A DNA stretch of 64,000 bases, taken from assembly GCA_964016885.1 (NCBI GenBank), contig OZ024748.1, positions 42,532,001-42,596,000 of the forward strand, given 5' to 3'. Of this stretch, positions 1 to 15,528 are shown one piece after another; position 1 is the stretch's first letter; each line of letters begins with the position of its first letter. The notes below the pieces were generated by a model that saw only the letters and a list, made by a program, of their open reading frames with translations, ran no database searches and was not told the origin of the DNA. The position numbers and the translations under genes are program-made. This stretch comes from Eledone cirrhosa. Taxonomy: Eukaryota.

Positions 1-75
1 AAATTGACTTTTCTCCACACACACATATACAGACACAGATATACTCTCTCTCTCACACACACAGACACAGATATA

Positions 76-129
<54 letters not shown>

Positions 130-1235
130 TGCAAAAGTTTACATAAGATTGTTCCTTTGCTATGCCCTCGAATAATAACTCTCTGAACAGTTTTTAAACA
201 TGTGTTCATCCTTCTACAAAATACTTCCATTGGAGTACACCACCACCGGGCCCCATATATGTCCAGTTTACCCCACAGATTCCATCTAAAAGACCACCTC
301 ACATGTTGGTAAGTCTTTCTTCAACATATACTAGCTCAATAATGTCTACTTTCAGACATTCCTCTTCCATCGTTTTACTTAACACCCCCTCCCTGTTTTA
401 CTTAAAACCCTGTTTTACTTAATAGCCCCTGTTTTACATAGCACCCTGTTTTACATAACACCCTGTTTTACATAACACCCTGTTTTACTTAACACCACCC
501 ACAAAGAAAAGTTGTTGAAGTAATCTTTGTGTTTCTGTAATTAACTTTCTTGACACAAATTTCCTCCTTTAATCACTTTGTATAAATTATAAAAATATTA
601 CCTTCATTTCACTCAACTTTTTTTCATCTGTTCCAAGAGAGAAAGTTAGTTATAGTGTTGTAGCTGACATTAGTTTCATTATTAACCTAGTAAGTTAAAT
701 GTTACTAACTTTATATTCTAGTTAGGTAGATTTAACTAGTTAGGTAGATTTTTCTTTTTCCAGTAAAATGATTATTTTGATTAACAAACGTCACATCAAT
801 AAACTAGTAACCCCATCTAGCTTTGAAGTTATGAACTGTTGGAAATGTGTTCATAACTTTGAAGATTTGAACTGTTGGAAATGTGTTCATAACTTTGAAG
901 TTATGAACTGTTGGAAACAAGTTCAAACATGTTAGGATGAGTTATCTATAGCATTGAGGAGGTTAAGTTGTTTAGTCTGTGGCTATAACAAAATTTGGAA
1001 CCGTGACTTCAAAACCATTTCTCTGTTTCCCTCAGTCTTTGAAAATTAGCTAATTAATTTATATTAATTAAAATCTAATTTCACTGGGTTCTGATGTTCA
1101 TCAATCATAACTTGCAACCCATTGAATCATTTGGCTACCTTTAGACTTTGAGATTCTGTCTTCATGTAATATAGCTAAGCCAGATTGCCCTCACAATTTC
1201 AGCTCAGTACTGCAAGCTAAGATACTAATTGTCTA

Positions 1236-1501
1236 TTAACCCTTTAGAATTTACATTACTCTATATATACTATTGTATTTTCATGGTAAAGGCTTTACCT
1301 CACATAATATCTCACATAACATTTACATTACTCTATATATACTATTGTATTTTCATAGTTTACCTCATGTAATATCGAATCTGAGATTTTTATATTTATT
1401 TTGAGAACAATACCTTAACATAAGTATGAGTGGCCAGTTACAGCTGGTTTGAACAGAAAGAGGTGAGAGAATTCTGGCTGGTTTAAATGCTAAATGGTTA
1501 A
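1236..1501. mobile_element. TTAA-flanked MITE (piggyBac-like, non-autonomous)
   Basis: TTAA-CCCTTTAG ... CTAAATGG-TTAA termini; a second copy lies in the opposite orientation at about 60702-61012. Confidence 0.6.
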
Positions 1502-3417
1502 ACTATGCTCCTGCTATTGAGTGTGTTGGTCTCTCTCTACACCCTCATGGTACCTATTATAGTATTTATTGAGTACAAGAGTTAAATATGTTTGCCATGG
1601 AACCATGTTGCTTGTCATATGATACTAAAGACTTTTCTCAGTTGACACATGATTGACTTGGTGTGCTGCTGCTGCTAAATTTGTATTTTTCTGTACAAAG
1701 ACATTTCATATATATTTCTTGCCTGTAAAATATTGTTGTTAATTAAGACATAATTTCTTATCCCAAGTTTGTATTCTTTTTCTTCTATTGATCTCTTATT
1801 GATTTCATTGATCTGACAAGATAATCTTATTTGAATTGATAAACATCCTAAAGATATATTTTATCAATTACTGTCCTTGCTCAACAGCAATACAACAAAT
1901 GTTTTAAGGACATTCCCTTGGTTAAAATAGGAGTTAGTCTTGCAGGCCCCCATCATAGTTTTCCTATTCATTATGGGGTCCTTTTGAGGCAGTATTTTAT
2001 AGCTGGATACACTTCTGGCATAAAACCCTTCTAGCCACCTCATATGACAGAGATTCATGTCTACCTATTCCAAGCTAAACACACACGCCACACCCCACCC
2101 CACACACAGCACACATACCACCCCCACATACCCATACCACACACAAACCCCCCACACCCCACACCCACCCACCCACCACCCATACACCCACTCACACCCC
2201 ACACCAAACACACTACACATACATCTTAGGTGTTCATCATTTGTCCATATTGCCACTATACAATAAATCAATGTACTGACTTCTCTCATCTTTCAATCCA
2301 CAATAAAATGTTGGATGCCAAATAACTTTAATGATTTTACAATAACTTCTCTTTCATTTCTCTTTGATTTCTTCTCGTTTTTTTTTGTTTGTTTTTTAAC
2401 AAAATACATAAAATCTTGGGAATATTTCATCAACTTCTTTAAGTTTTCAAATTAGCAGAGTTGTTAGTGTTTTGGAGTAAATATCTCTATATTTGTTCCA
2501 GCTCAGTGTACTTAGTGTTTCTATCTCACTCAGGTCAGCAGCAGTCTGGACTCGGTGTTCAAATGTCACTGAAGTTGACAGTCGGTAGAGCATCATATTA
2601 AATATCCTGGCTCACTGTACTTGGTGTTCAAATGTCACTGAAGTTGACAGTCGGTAGAGTATCAACATAAATACCCTGGCTATTTGTTCCAGTTAACTGC
2701 ACTCAGTTGTAATTTTGATTTGGGGTTGATATAGTAACAGTTCAGAGGTAGATGGCAGTATTAAGTCAGACAAAATACTTTGTAATATCTGATCTGGCTG
2801 TGTGAATTCTGAGTTCAAATCCTGTTTCCTTCTTCTAGGAATATCAGTAATTGAAAGACTAAAGGAAACATTGCTTCCTTGGTTCAACACATACTTGATG
2901 TGGGGTAACATACTCCTAGTGAGTCAGTGCTATTTTTCATAGATTCTATTTTGTCCATTAAAATCCTTCTTGATGTCCTGTACCACATGAAACCACATTA
3001 CTAAGACACTCTTGAAAAGAACAAAACAACACTATGACTGCATCATGTTAAAAATTAGTCTTTATTTAGTTTACTGCAAATCTGCATAACAATCTGTCCA
3101 CTAGTAAAGGTACTAGAAACATTTAAATTAACAAACTCATTTAAAAATATTTTCAACCAATCCAGATCATTTAAGGCCGAGTTAATGTTTTAATAAGTAA
3201 TAATATATAAAGATAGATTTCTTAAAGATATATTTCTTTATTTCTTAAAGATAAACAGTTTGTTTGTATTGCTACTCTTGCATCAGTAACCAGTATGTGC
3301 AGCTCATGTGAAAATATATCGACATTTAGTGAAACTCAGTATATACGCATCTGCATGAGTCTATAAACCTTCCTGTCTTTTATAAGCCTTCCTTCTCTCT
3401 ATCTATATAATATATGC

Positions 3418-3453
<36 letters not shown>

Positions 3454-3459
3454 ATATGC

Positions 3460-3491
<32 letters not shown>

Positions 3492-4284
3492 GTATGTATG
3501 TGTATGTATATATCTATATATCTATGTATATCTGTATGTATGTAAGTTCCTGTGTTGTTGGAGGGTAACCACAGTTAAAAAAGGTACTCAATACATTGTT
3601 AGAGTATAGGCATTTTTATTTGATATAGAAATGACTTCTACAGGACTAGAACTGTTTCATTCATATGAAATCATCAATACTGCCAACCCACCACCTCTGA
3701 ACTGATGATTTCATCCAAATGAAACAGTTCTAGTCTTGTAGAAGTAATTTCTATATATAATATATATAGTAGAATTTATTTTATTATTTAACTATATGAC
3801 AGTAAACAACAACAAAACAAAAATGGTTTGGTTGTTAGGTAATAACAAATTATTATTATATTACCTCTTGAACTGTATCACCTCTCTATTTATTCCAATA
3901 ATTAATTATATATTGATCGTTGTTGTTGTTGTTGTTGTTTGTTTCTGAACATTTTTCTCTGTGCGGTGGGTTCCATTTCTAAATCATATCTGTTAGATTT
4001 CTAAAGAAATTTGCTGTTTTAATTCAATGACTGTAAACCAAATTACCTGGCAATATTTTTGATTTTCTATATTTTATAAAACAGACAACGAAACAACAGA
4101 GGTGCCATGTAAAAATAGATTTTCTCGACTGCTGTTTCTTTCAAATCTGGATGTTAAAATGTTACTTTAGAAAATTGTAAATAAATCAATAATTTAAATT
4201 GATGTTAATGATTTCGTTGACAGTATCTACAGTCTAATTAACTTATCTGCTAATTAATTCTTTGTCTATTACATGTAGTTAGTG

Positions 4285-4590
4285 AATGTGGCTGGCCTAG
4301 TAGTTAATGTGTTGGACTTATGACCTGATGATAAGGTCATGTGTTCAGTTCCTGGACTGGGCGGCATGCTGTGATCTTCAACAAGAAAGACTCGTTATTT
4401 CATGTTGCTCCAGAGTTGATATAACACTGGTGCCAAGTTGTATCAGCCTATGTCTTTCCTTTAGAAACTATTGGATTGGTGGTGTGTAGAGTGAAGAGAC
4501 TGACATGTATGGGTGATCATTGGTCTTCCACAAAACACTTTAGTTTGAACCCTGGAGAAGAACTTTCCAGATGAAAACTCGTGGCCCTTT
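4285..4590 (+). mobile_element. Diverged tRNA-derived CORE-type SINE
   Basis: tRNA-like head (tggcctagtagttaa...gttcagttcc) and central similarity to the copy at 45438-45765. Confidence 0.5.
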
Positions 4591-5180
4591 CAAGTTAAAC
4601 TCTTTCTCTACATTACAGCTGAGCTTAGTTACCCCATATCAGTATATCTAGGAGAAAAAGAGATTGGCTCTTTCAAGTTAAACTCTTTCTCTACATTACA
4701 GCTGAGCTTATTTATCCCATGTTGGTATATTTAGGAGAAAGCGAGAGAGAAAGAGATTGGCCCTTTCAAGTTAAACTCCTTCTCTACATTCATTGCATGA
4801 AGACAAAAGTTTTAAATGGTGTCCCTTAATAATATAGTAGTTTGGAACAATGTTGGAGTATATGTTAAAGTGTTGTAGGTATAAAGTCTGCTGATAACTA
4901 CAGCTATTTCTTCTCTCTTATTTAAACTCTGTAATAGTTGTCTTTGAAGGATGTAGAACCAAAATTTGACTACTGTCTTATATATTTTCAGACTGTCAAC
5001 TCTCTGAATATACAGAACAGTGTATATCAACTGTAAATATTAAACTAAAAACTTATTAATGGATATTATTATTATTTTTATTAGGTCATTAAGTATGATA
5101 CATCCGATTTCAAATTGAAAGTGCATAAGGAAATCGGACATCTTTCATACCTAAGGACCTATTATTATTATTATTATTGT

Positions 5181-5595
5181 TGAGGGCGGTGGATTGGCAG
5201 TTTTGGTAGAGGGTCGGACGCCATGCTTTGACGCATAGTTACGGCCCTTGCCATTCTGAGTTCAAATCCCGCCGAGGTTAACTTTGCCTTTCATCCTTAC
5301 GGGGTCGATAAAATAAAGTACCAGTAATACACTGGGTAATTGCTGGCCTTGTGCCAAAAGTAGAAACAATTATTATTGTTGAGAGCAGTGGATTGGCAGA
5401 ATCGGTAGAGGGTCGGACACCATGCTTTGCAGTATAGATTACGTTCCTTTACGATCTGAGTTCAAATCCTGGCGAGGTTAACTTTGCCTTTCATCTTTAC
5501 GGGGTCGATAAAATAAAGTACCAGTCACGCACTGGGGTTAATTTAATTGACTTTCTCCTCCCCTTCAAATTACAGGCCTTGTGCCTATATAAGAA
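5181..5595 (+). mobile_element. Two tandem tRNA-derived SINEs (family A)
   Basis: A-box (TGGCAGAATCGG), B-box (GAGTTCAAATCC) and core AACTTTGCCTTTCATCCTTACGGGGTCGATAAAATAAAGTACCAG (resembles the Meta/MESC SINE core, from memory); flanked by (ATT)n; at least 8 copies in the window. Confidence 0.85.
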
Positions 5596-6144
5596 ATTAT
5601 TATTATTATTACTATTATTTTTATTATACTGCTGTATATGGTTTCCATTTAATCTTGGATATTTCTTCAATATAAATTGATGAAATTTGTGCAGCGTTTT
5701 CGGCAAAAGTAATGTCTTTTTTAAAAATTTTTCTCTCCTCCCCACACCTCATATTTTTACATGTAAAATATATTACTATATTATACAGGCTGTCAGCCTC
5801 AAGTGTTTAACAGTAAGGGATGAAAAATGGGGATGTTGTGTTGTTCATTCCTTTCCCCAAGGCCATTAGCGAGTGAAGTGAGGTGGCTATGATTGGCAAA
5901 TCACAAACAGGTGACAGATTTTTCAGTTCTTTGAGAGCTTACCACAATAATATGGTGCTCACTTTCTTTTAAATCTCAACCGTGATTCCACAGTCAGTAT
6001 GTCACATCAGTATATATATATATATATAACATCTGTATTCACACATGCAGATAGATGTGTGTATATATATATATATATATATATGTATGTACAAATATAT
6101 ATATACTTACATACTCACATGCATGTAGATAGATGAATGTACAA

Positions 6145-6189
<45 letters not shown>

Positions 6190-6793
6190 TTACATACCCA
6201 TTTGCATGTAGATAGATGTATGTACATATATATATATACTTACATACTCACTTGCATGTAGATAGATGTATGTACAAATATATATATATACACACATACA
6301 CTTCCATACTCACACACATACAGATAGATGTATGTACAATATGCATGTGTGTATATATATATATATACATACATGCTCACAGGCGTGTAGAAATATGTAA
6401 AACAAATAAACTGCTAACATTTCACCTCCAGTTTGATGATTTTGAGAGCCAATAACTGTACTTCCTAAAGAAATGGAGACCAAATTCTACCAAACTCTAT
6501 TTTGTATTTGCCAAAGTCACTGTAAGACAAACTATAATAAATGAAAAGCAAACATTGATTCTGTGTTGTAACATTATTTCTTGTCATGTGTTAGGAGTAA
6601 GCCATATTACCAAGTAATGTGTAATAATCTGTATATTGATCTGTGTGTATTGATCTGTGTGATGACATTCACCAAGTGATGGTAATAATTTGTGTGTAAT
6701 TATCTGTGCATTATGATCTGTGTAATGAGTAAGACATTCACCAAGTGATGTGTATTGATCTGTGTGTAAAGAGGTGTACTGAGTTTAAGATGC

Positions 6794-9700
6794 AACTATG
6801 ATATACCAGTTATCACAACAGTCTTACCATCTTTACAACTGGAGATATACCTTAACTATGATATACCAGATATCACAACAGTCTTACCATCTTTACAACT
6901 GGAGATATACCTTAACTATGATATACCAGATACCACAACAGTCTTACCATCTTTACAACTGGAGATGTACCTTAACTATGATATACCAGATATTACAAGT
7001 CTTACCATCTTTAGAACTGGAGATGTACCTTAACTATGATATACCAAATATCACAACAGTCTTACCATCTTTACTGGAGATATACCAGATATCACGACAG
7101 TCTTACCATCTTTACAACTGGAGACATACCAGATCTCACAACAGTCTTACCATTTTTACAACTGGAGATATACCTTAACTATGATATACCAAATATTACA
7201 AGTCTTACCATCTTTACAACTGGAGATGTACCTTAACTATGATATACCAGATATCACAACAGTCTTACCATCTTTACAACTGGAGATATACCAGATATCA
7301 CGACAGTCTTACCATCTTTACAACTGGAGACATACCAGATCTCACATCAGTCTTACCATTTTTACAACTGGAGATATACCTTAACTATAATATACCAGAT
7401 ATTACAAGTCTTACCATCTTTAGAACTGGAGATGTACCTTAACTATGATATACCAGATATCACAACAGTCTTACCATTTTTACAACTGGAGATGTACCTT
7501 AACTATGATATACCAGATATTACAAGTCTTACCATCTTTAGAACTGGAGATATACCTTAACTATGATATACCAAATATCACAAGTCTTACCATCTTTACA
7601 ACTGGAGATGTACCTTAACTATGATATACCAAATATCACAAGTCTTACCATATTTACAACTGGAGATGTACCTTAACTGATATACCAAATATCACAAGTC
7701 GTACCATCTTTACAACTGGAGATATACCAGATATCACGACAGTCTTACCATCTTTACAATTGGAGACATACCAGATCTCACAAGTCTTACCATTTTTACA
7801 ACTGGAGATATACCTTAACTATGATATACCAGATATTACAAGTCTTACCATCTTTAGAACTGGAGATATACCTTAACTATGATATACCAGATATCACAAC
7901 AGTCTTACCATCTTTACAACTGGAGATATACCAGATATCACAACAGTCTTACCATCTTTACAATTGGAGATATACCTTAACTATGATATACCAAATATCA
8001 CAAGTCTTACCATCTTTACAATTGGAGATGTACCTTAACTATGATATACCAGATATCACAACAGTCTTACCATCTTTACAACTGGAGATATACCAGATAT
8101 CACAAGTCTTACCATCTTTACAACTGGAAATATACCTTAACTATGATATACCAAATATCACAAGTCTTACCATCTTTACAACTGGAGATGTACCTTAACT
8201 ATGATATACCAGATATCACAACAGTCTTACCATCTTTACAATTGGAGACATACCAGATTTCACAAGTCTTACCATTTTTACAACTGGAGATATACCTTAA
8301 CTATGATATACCAGATATTACAAGTCTTACCATCTTTAGAACTGGAGATATACCTTAACTATGAAATACCAAATATCACAAGTCTTACCATCTTTACAAT
8401 TGGAGATGCACCTTAACTATGATATACCAGATATCACAACAGTCTTACCATCTTTACAACTGGAGATGTACCTTAACTATGATATACCAGATATTACAAC
8501 AGTCTTACCATCTTTACAACTGGAGATGTACCTTAACTATGATATACCAGATATTACAACAGTCTTACCATCTTTACAACTGGAGATGTACCTTAACTAT
8601 GATATACCAAATATCACAAGTCTTACCATCTTTATAACTGGAGATGTACCTTAACTATGATATACCAGATATCACAATAGTCTTACCATCTTTACAACTG
8701 GAGACATACCAGATCTCACAACAGTCTTACCATTTTTACAACTGGACATATACCTTAACTATGATATACCAGATATTACAAGTCGTACCATCTTTAGAAC
8801 TGGAGATATACCCTAACTATGATATACCAAATATCACAAGTCTTACCATCTTTACAACTGGAGATGTACCTTAACTATGATATACCAGATATTAAAATAG
8901 TCTTACCATCTTTAAAACTGGAGATGTACCTTAACTATGATATACCAGATATCACAACAGTCTTACCATCTTTACAACTGGAGATATACCAGATATCACG
9001 ACAGTCTTACCATTTTTACAACTGGAGACATACCAGATCTCACAACAGTCTTACCATTTTTACAACTGGAGATATACCTTAACTATGATATACCAAATAT
9101 TACAAGTCTTACCATCTTTACAACTGGAGATGTACCTTAACTATGATATACCAGATATCACAACAGTCTTACCATCTTTACAACTGGAGATATACCAGAT
9201 ATCACGACAGTCTTACCATCTTTACAACTGGAGACATACCAGATCTCACATCAGTCTTACCATTTTTACAACTGGAGATATACCTTAACTATAATATACC
9301 AGATATTACAAGTCTTACCATCTTTAGAACTGGAGATGTACCTTAACTATGATATACCAGATATCACAAGTCTTACCATCTTTAGAACTGGAGATATACC
9401 TTAACTATGATATACCAAATATCACAAGTCTTACCATCTTTACAACTGGAGATGTACCTTAACTTTGATATACCAGATATCACGATAGTCTTACCATCTT
9501 TATAACTGGAGATGTACCTTAACTATGATATACCAGATATCACGATAGTCTTACCATCTTTACAACTGGAGACATACCAGATCTCACAACAGTCTTACCA
9601 TTTTTACAACTGGAGATATACCTTATCTATGATATACCAAATATTACAAGTCTTACCATCTTTACAACTGGAGATGTACCTTAACTATGATATACCAAAT

Positions 9701-12700
9701 ATTACAAGTCGTACCATCTTTACAACTGGAGATATACCAGATATCACGACAGTCTTACCATCGTTACAACTGGAGACATACCAGATCTCACAAGTCTTAC
9801 CATTTTTACAACTGGAGATATACTTTAACTATGATATACCAGATATTACAAGTCTTACCATCTTTAGAACTGGAGATATACCTTAACTATGATATACCAG
9901 ATATCACAACAATCTTACCATCTTTACAACTGGAGATATACCAGATATCACAACAGTCTTACCATCTTTACAATTGGAGATATACCTTAACTATGATATA
10001 CCAAATATCACAAGTCTTACCATCTTTACAACTGGAGATGTACCTTAACTATGATATACCAGATATCACAAGTCTTACCATCTTTACAACTGGAGATGTA
10101 CCTTAACTATGATATACCAGATATCACAACAGTCTTACCATGTTTAACAACTGGAGATGTACCTTAACTATGATATACCAGATATTACAAGTCTTACCAT
10201 CTTTAGAACTGGAGATATACCTTAACTATGATATACCAAATATCACAAGTCTTACCATCTTTACAATTGGAGATGCACCTTAACTATGATATACCAGATA
10301 TCACAACAGTCTTACCATCTTTACAACTGGAGATGTACCTTAACTATGATATACCAGATATTACAACAGTCTTACCATCTTTACAACTGGAGATGTACCT
10401 TAACTATGATATACCAAATATCACAAGTCTTACCATCTTTATAACTGGAGATGTACCTTAACTATGATATACCAGATATCACGATAGTCTTACCATCTTT
10501 ACAACTGGAGACATACCAGATCTCACAACAGTCTTACCATTTTTACAACTGGAGATATACCTTAACTATGATATACCAGATATTACAGGTCTTACCATCT
10601 TTAGAACTGGAGATGTACCTTAACTATGATATACCAGATATCACAAGTCTTACCATCTTTAGAACTGGAGATGTACCTTAACTATGATATACCAGATATC
10701 ACAACAGTCTTACCATTTTTACAACTGGAGATGTACCTTAACTATGATATACCAGATATTACAAGTCTTACCATCTTTAGAACTGGAGATATACCTTAAC
10801 TATGATATACCAAATATCACAAGTCTTACCATCTTTACAATTGGAGATGTACCTTAACTATGATATACCAGATATCACAACAGTCTTACCATCTTTACAA
10901 CTGGAGATATACCAGATATCACGACATTCTTACCATCTTTACAACTGGAGACATACCAGATCTCACAACAGTCTTACCATTTTTACAACTGGAGATGTAC
11001 CTTAACTATGATATACCAGATATTACAAGTCTTACCATCTTTAGAACTGGAGATATACCTTAACTATGATATACCAAATATCACAAGTCTTACCATCTTT
11101 ACAACTGGAGATGTACCTTAACTATGATATACCAGATATTAACAGTCTTACAATCTTTACAACTGGAGATGTACCTTAACTATGATATACCAGATATCAC
11201 AACAGTCTTACCATCTTTACAACTGGAGATATACCAGATATCACAAGTCTTACCATCTTTACAACTGGAGATATACCTTAACTATGATATACCAAATATC
11301 ACAAGTCTTACCATCTTTAGAACTGAAGATATACCTTAACTATGATATACCAGATATCACAACAGTCTTACCATCTTTACAACTGGAGATATACCTTAAC
11401 TATGATATACCAAATATCACAAGTCTTACCATCTTTACAATTGGAGATGTACCTTAACTATGATATACCAGATATCACAACAGTCTTACCATCTTTACAA
11501 CTGGAGATATACCTTAACTATGATATACCAAATATCACAAGTCTTACCATCTTTACAACTGGAGATGTACCTTAACTATGATATACCAGATATCACAAGT
11601 CTTACCATCTTTACAACTGGAGATGTACCTTAACTATGATATACCAGATATCACAACAGTCTTACCATCTTTACAACTGGAGACATACCAGATCTCACAA
11701 CAGTCTTACCATTTTTACAACTGGAGACATACCAGATCTCACAACAGTCTTACCATTTTTACAACTGGAGATGTACCTTAACTATGATATACCAGATATT
11801 ACAAGTCTTACCATCTTTACAACTGGAGATGCACCTTAACTATGATATACCAGATATCACAACAGTCTTACCATCTTTACAACTGGAGATATACCTTAAC
11901 TATGATATACCAAATATCACAAGTCTTACCATCTTTACAACTGGAGATGTACCTTAACTATGATATACTAGATATCACAAGTCTTACCATCTTTACAACT
12001 GGAGATGTACCTTAACTATGATATACCAGATATCACAACAGTCTTACCATGTTTAACAACTGGAGATGTACCTTAACTATGATATACCAGATATTACAAG
12101 TCTTACCATCTTTACAATTGGAGATGCACCTTAACTATGATATACCAGATATTACAAGTCTTACCATCTTTACAACTGGAGACATACCAGATCTCACAAC
12201 AGTCTTACCATTTTTACAACTGGAGACATACCAGATCTCACAACAGTCTTACCATTTTTACAACTGGAGATGTACCTTAACTATGATATACCAGATATTA
12301 CAAGTCTTACCATCTTTACAACTGGAGATGCACCTTAACTATGATATACCAGATATCACAACAGTCTTACCATCTTTACAACTGGAGATATACCTTAACT
12401 ATGATATACCAAATATCACAAGTCTTACCATCTTTACAACTGGAGATGTACCTTAACTATGATATACTAGATATCACAAGTCTTACCATCTTTACAACTG
12501 GAGATGTACCTTAACTATGATATACCAGATATCACAACAGTCTTACCATGTTTAACAACTGGAGATGTACCTTAACTATGATATACCAGATATTACAAGT
12601 CTTACCATCTTTACAATTGGAGATGCACCTTAACTATGATATACCAGATATTACAAGTCTTACCATCTTTACAACTGGAGATGCACCTTAACTATGATAT

Positions 12701-14292
12701 ACCAGATATCACAACAGTCTTACCATCTTTACAACTGGAGATGTACCTTAACTATGATATACCAGATATCACAACAGTCTTACCATGTTTAACAACTGGA
12801 GATGTACCTTAACTATGATATACCAGATATCACGATAGTCTTACCATCTTTACAACTGGAGACATACCAGATCTCACAACAGTCTTACTATTTTTACAAC
12901 TGGAGATATACCTTAACTATGATATACCAGATATTACAAGTCTTACCATCTTTAGAACTGGAGATGTACCTTAACTATGATATACCAGATATCACAACAG
13001 TCTTACCATCTTTACAACTGGAGATATACCAGATATCACAACAGTCTTACCATTTTTACAACTGGAGATGTACCTTAACTATGATATACCAGATATTACA
13101 AGTCTTACCATCTTTACAACTGGAGATGTACCTTAACTATGATATACCAGATATCACAAGTCTTACCATCTTTACAACTGGAGATATACCAGATATCACG
13201 ACATTCTTACCATCTTTACAACTGGAGACATACCAGATCTCACAACAGTCTTACCATTTTTACAACTGGAGATGTACCTTAACTATGATATACCAGATAT
13301 TACAAGTCTTACCATCTTTAGAACTGGAGATATACCTTAACTATGATATACCAAATATCACAAGTCTTACCATCTTTACAACTGGAGATGTACCTTAACT
13401 ATGATATACCAGATATTAACAGTCTTACAATCTTTACAACTGGAGATGTACCTTAACTATGATATACCAGATATCACAACAGTCTTACCATCTTTACAAC
13501 TGGAGATATACCTTAACTATGATATACCAAATATCACAAGTCTTACCATCTTTACAACTGGAGATGTACCTTAACTATGATATACCAGATATCACAACAG
13601 TCTTACCATGTTTAACAACTGGAGATGTACCTTAACTATGATATACCAGATATTACAAGTCTTACCATCTTTACAATTGGAGATGCACCTTAACTATGAT
13701 ATACCAGATATTACAAGTCTTACCATCTTTACAACTGGAGATGCACCTTAACTATGATATACCAGATATCACAACAGTCTTACCATCTTTAGAACTGGAG
13801 ATGTACCTTAACTATGATATACCAGATATCACAACAGTCTTACCATCTTTACAACTGGAGATATACCAGATATCACAACAGTCTTACCATTTTTACAACT
13901 GGAGATGTACCTTAACTATGATATACCAGATATTACAAGTCTTACCATCTTTACAACTGGAGATGTACCTTAACTATGATATACCAGATATCACAAGTCT
14001 TACCATCTTTACAACTGGAGATATACCATATATCACAACAGTCTTACCATCTTTACAACTGGAGACATACCAGATCTCGCAGCAGTCTTACCATTTTTAC
14101 AACTGGAGATATACCTTAACTATGATATACCAAATATCACAAGTCTTACCATCTTTACAACTGGAGATATACCTTAACTAAGATATACCAAATATCACAA
14201 GTCTTACCATCTTTACAACTGGAGATGTACCTTAACTATGATATACCAGATATTACACCAACCTGACTATAATTACAACTAGAGATGTACCT
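6794..14292. repeat. 7.5-kb tandem satellite, 60-bp monomer with 58/44/42-bp variants
   Basis: Monomer ATGATATACCAGATATCACAACAGTCTTACCATCTTTACAACTGGAGATRTACCTTAACT repeated continuously. Confidence 0.98.
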
Positions 14293-14359
14293 TTCCCTAC
14301 CCTAACACTAAACCAGAATGTAATTACTACAACACTAATTACTAGAAATTATGAGATAC

Positions 14360-14532
14360 GGGGAATTGGCAGTATCAGTAGAGAGTCGGACGCCATGCTT
14401 TCTAGCATAGTTACATCCGAGTTCAAATCCCGCTGAGGTTAACTTTGCCTTTCATCCTTACGGGGTCGATAAAATAAAGTACCAGTAATGTACTGGGTAA
14501 TTGCTGGCCTTGTGCCTAAAGTAGAAACAATT
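14360..14532 (+). mobile_element. SINE family A copy
   Basis: Same A/B boxes, core and 3' tail as 5181-5370. Confidence 0.85.
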
Positions 14533-14609
14533 ATGAGATAACTTATTGTTGGTGCAATATTTGTGAAATTAAAGCATTACTTAAACTCTAAAGTAGCTTG
14601 ACATCAACT

Positions 14610-14790
14610 TTTGGCTTGGAAATGTGGTTAGCAGTGACCCAGAGTTTTGACCTGGAAATGTTGTTAGTAGTGACCCAGAGGTTAAATTCCATGACCTGTC
14701 CTGTTTTGACCTGGTGATATAATCAGCAGTGACCCAGAGTTTTGACCTGGTAATGTAGTCGGCAGTGACCCAGAGGTTAAATTTCATTTC
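14610..14790. repeat. Short minisatellite (GCAGTGACCCAGAGTTTTGACCTGG...)
   Basis: Four related 35-50 bp units. Confidence 0.7.
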
Positions 14791-15406
14791 CTGTCCAGTG
14801 TTTTGATTCAGCTATTTGTATTGTCTATCGGAATTATCGATGAGTGTTAACATTAAGTCTGTCAGGGTCATATATCTCATGAATGAGGAAAGATAATAGG
14901 GTTAACTTTAGATAAGAGACCATCTCTATGATGGACTAATGAAATATAGTAAAATTATTTTTTAAAAGATTAAATTAACTTTAAACTATATATCTATAAG
15001 GAAATATCTTCCCTACAATGACCTTTTGTTAGTTCCCAGTTCAATCAAATACAGTTTTGGAACTAACAAGCAAGTAAATAACTACAACTTTTATTAACTT
15101 GACTTCACCTAGAATCCTTAAACAGGATGAAACCCCTTCCACGTAAAATATTGCTTGAAAATATCCACATTATTTTGTGGTGTCCTTAAAATATGTGTTT
15201 GTGTATACCTTTTATATACGTGTGATGTGCCCGGAAGTAAAAAATAAAAAATAAATGTTTCAGTCTAATGTAGAGATATTCTCCAAAGAAACATCCAAAG
15301 TAGAAGGATCCCTAAGGATGTTTCTGAATAAAAAGGTACACAGGATATTGTGCACAGAAACAATTGTAAAGGATTCTAATGCCGTTTGAAAACACTATTG
15401 GTTTAG

Positions 15407-15444
<38 letters not shown>

Positions 15445-15497
15445 GAATATAAAAGAAAAACGAACACAGATATATACATATATAATATGGTAGTTAC

Positions 15498-15528
<31 letters not shown>

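Noticed and set aside
602-627. Minus-strand 26-nt exon candidate (cag|ATGAAAAAAAGTTGAGTGAAATGAAG|gtaata)
   Set aside because: Splice signals are plausible, but there is no recognisable protein or supported partner exon, and such matches arise by chance in AT-rich DNA.
5181-5290. tRNA genes
   Set aside because: The A/B boxes belong to multi-copy SINE heads, and no complete cloverleaf was found.
6794-14292. Satellite as a CRISPR-like array, a ribozyme array or a repetitive protein gene
   Set aside because: There are no unique spacers and no CUGANGA/GAAA core on either strand. The 58- and 44-bp units shift the frame, so the many short ORFs are by-products.
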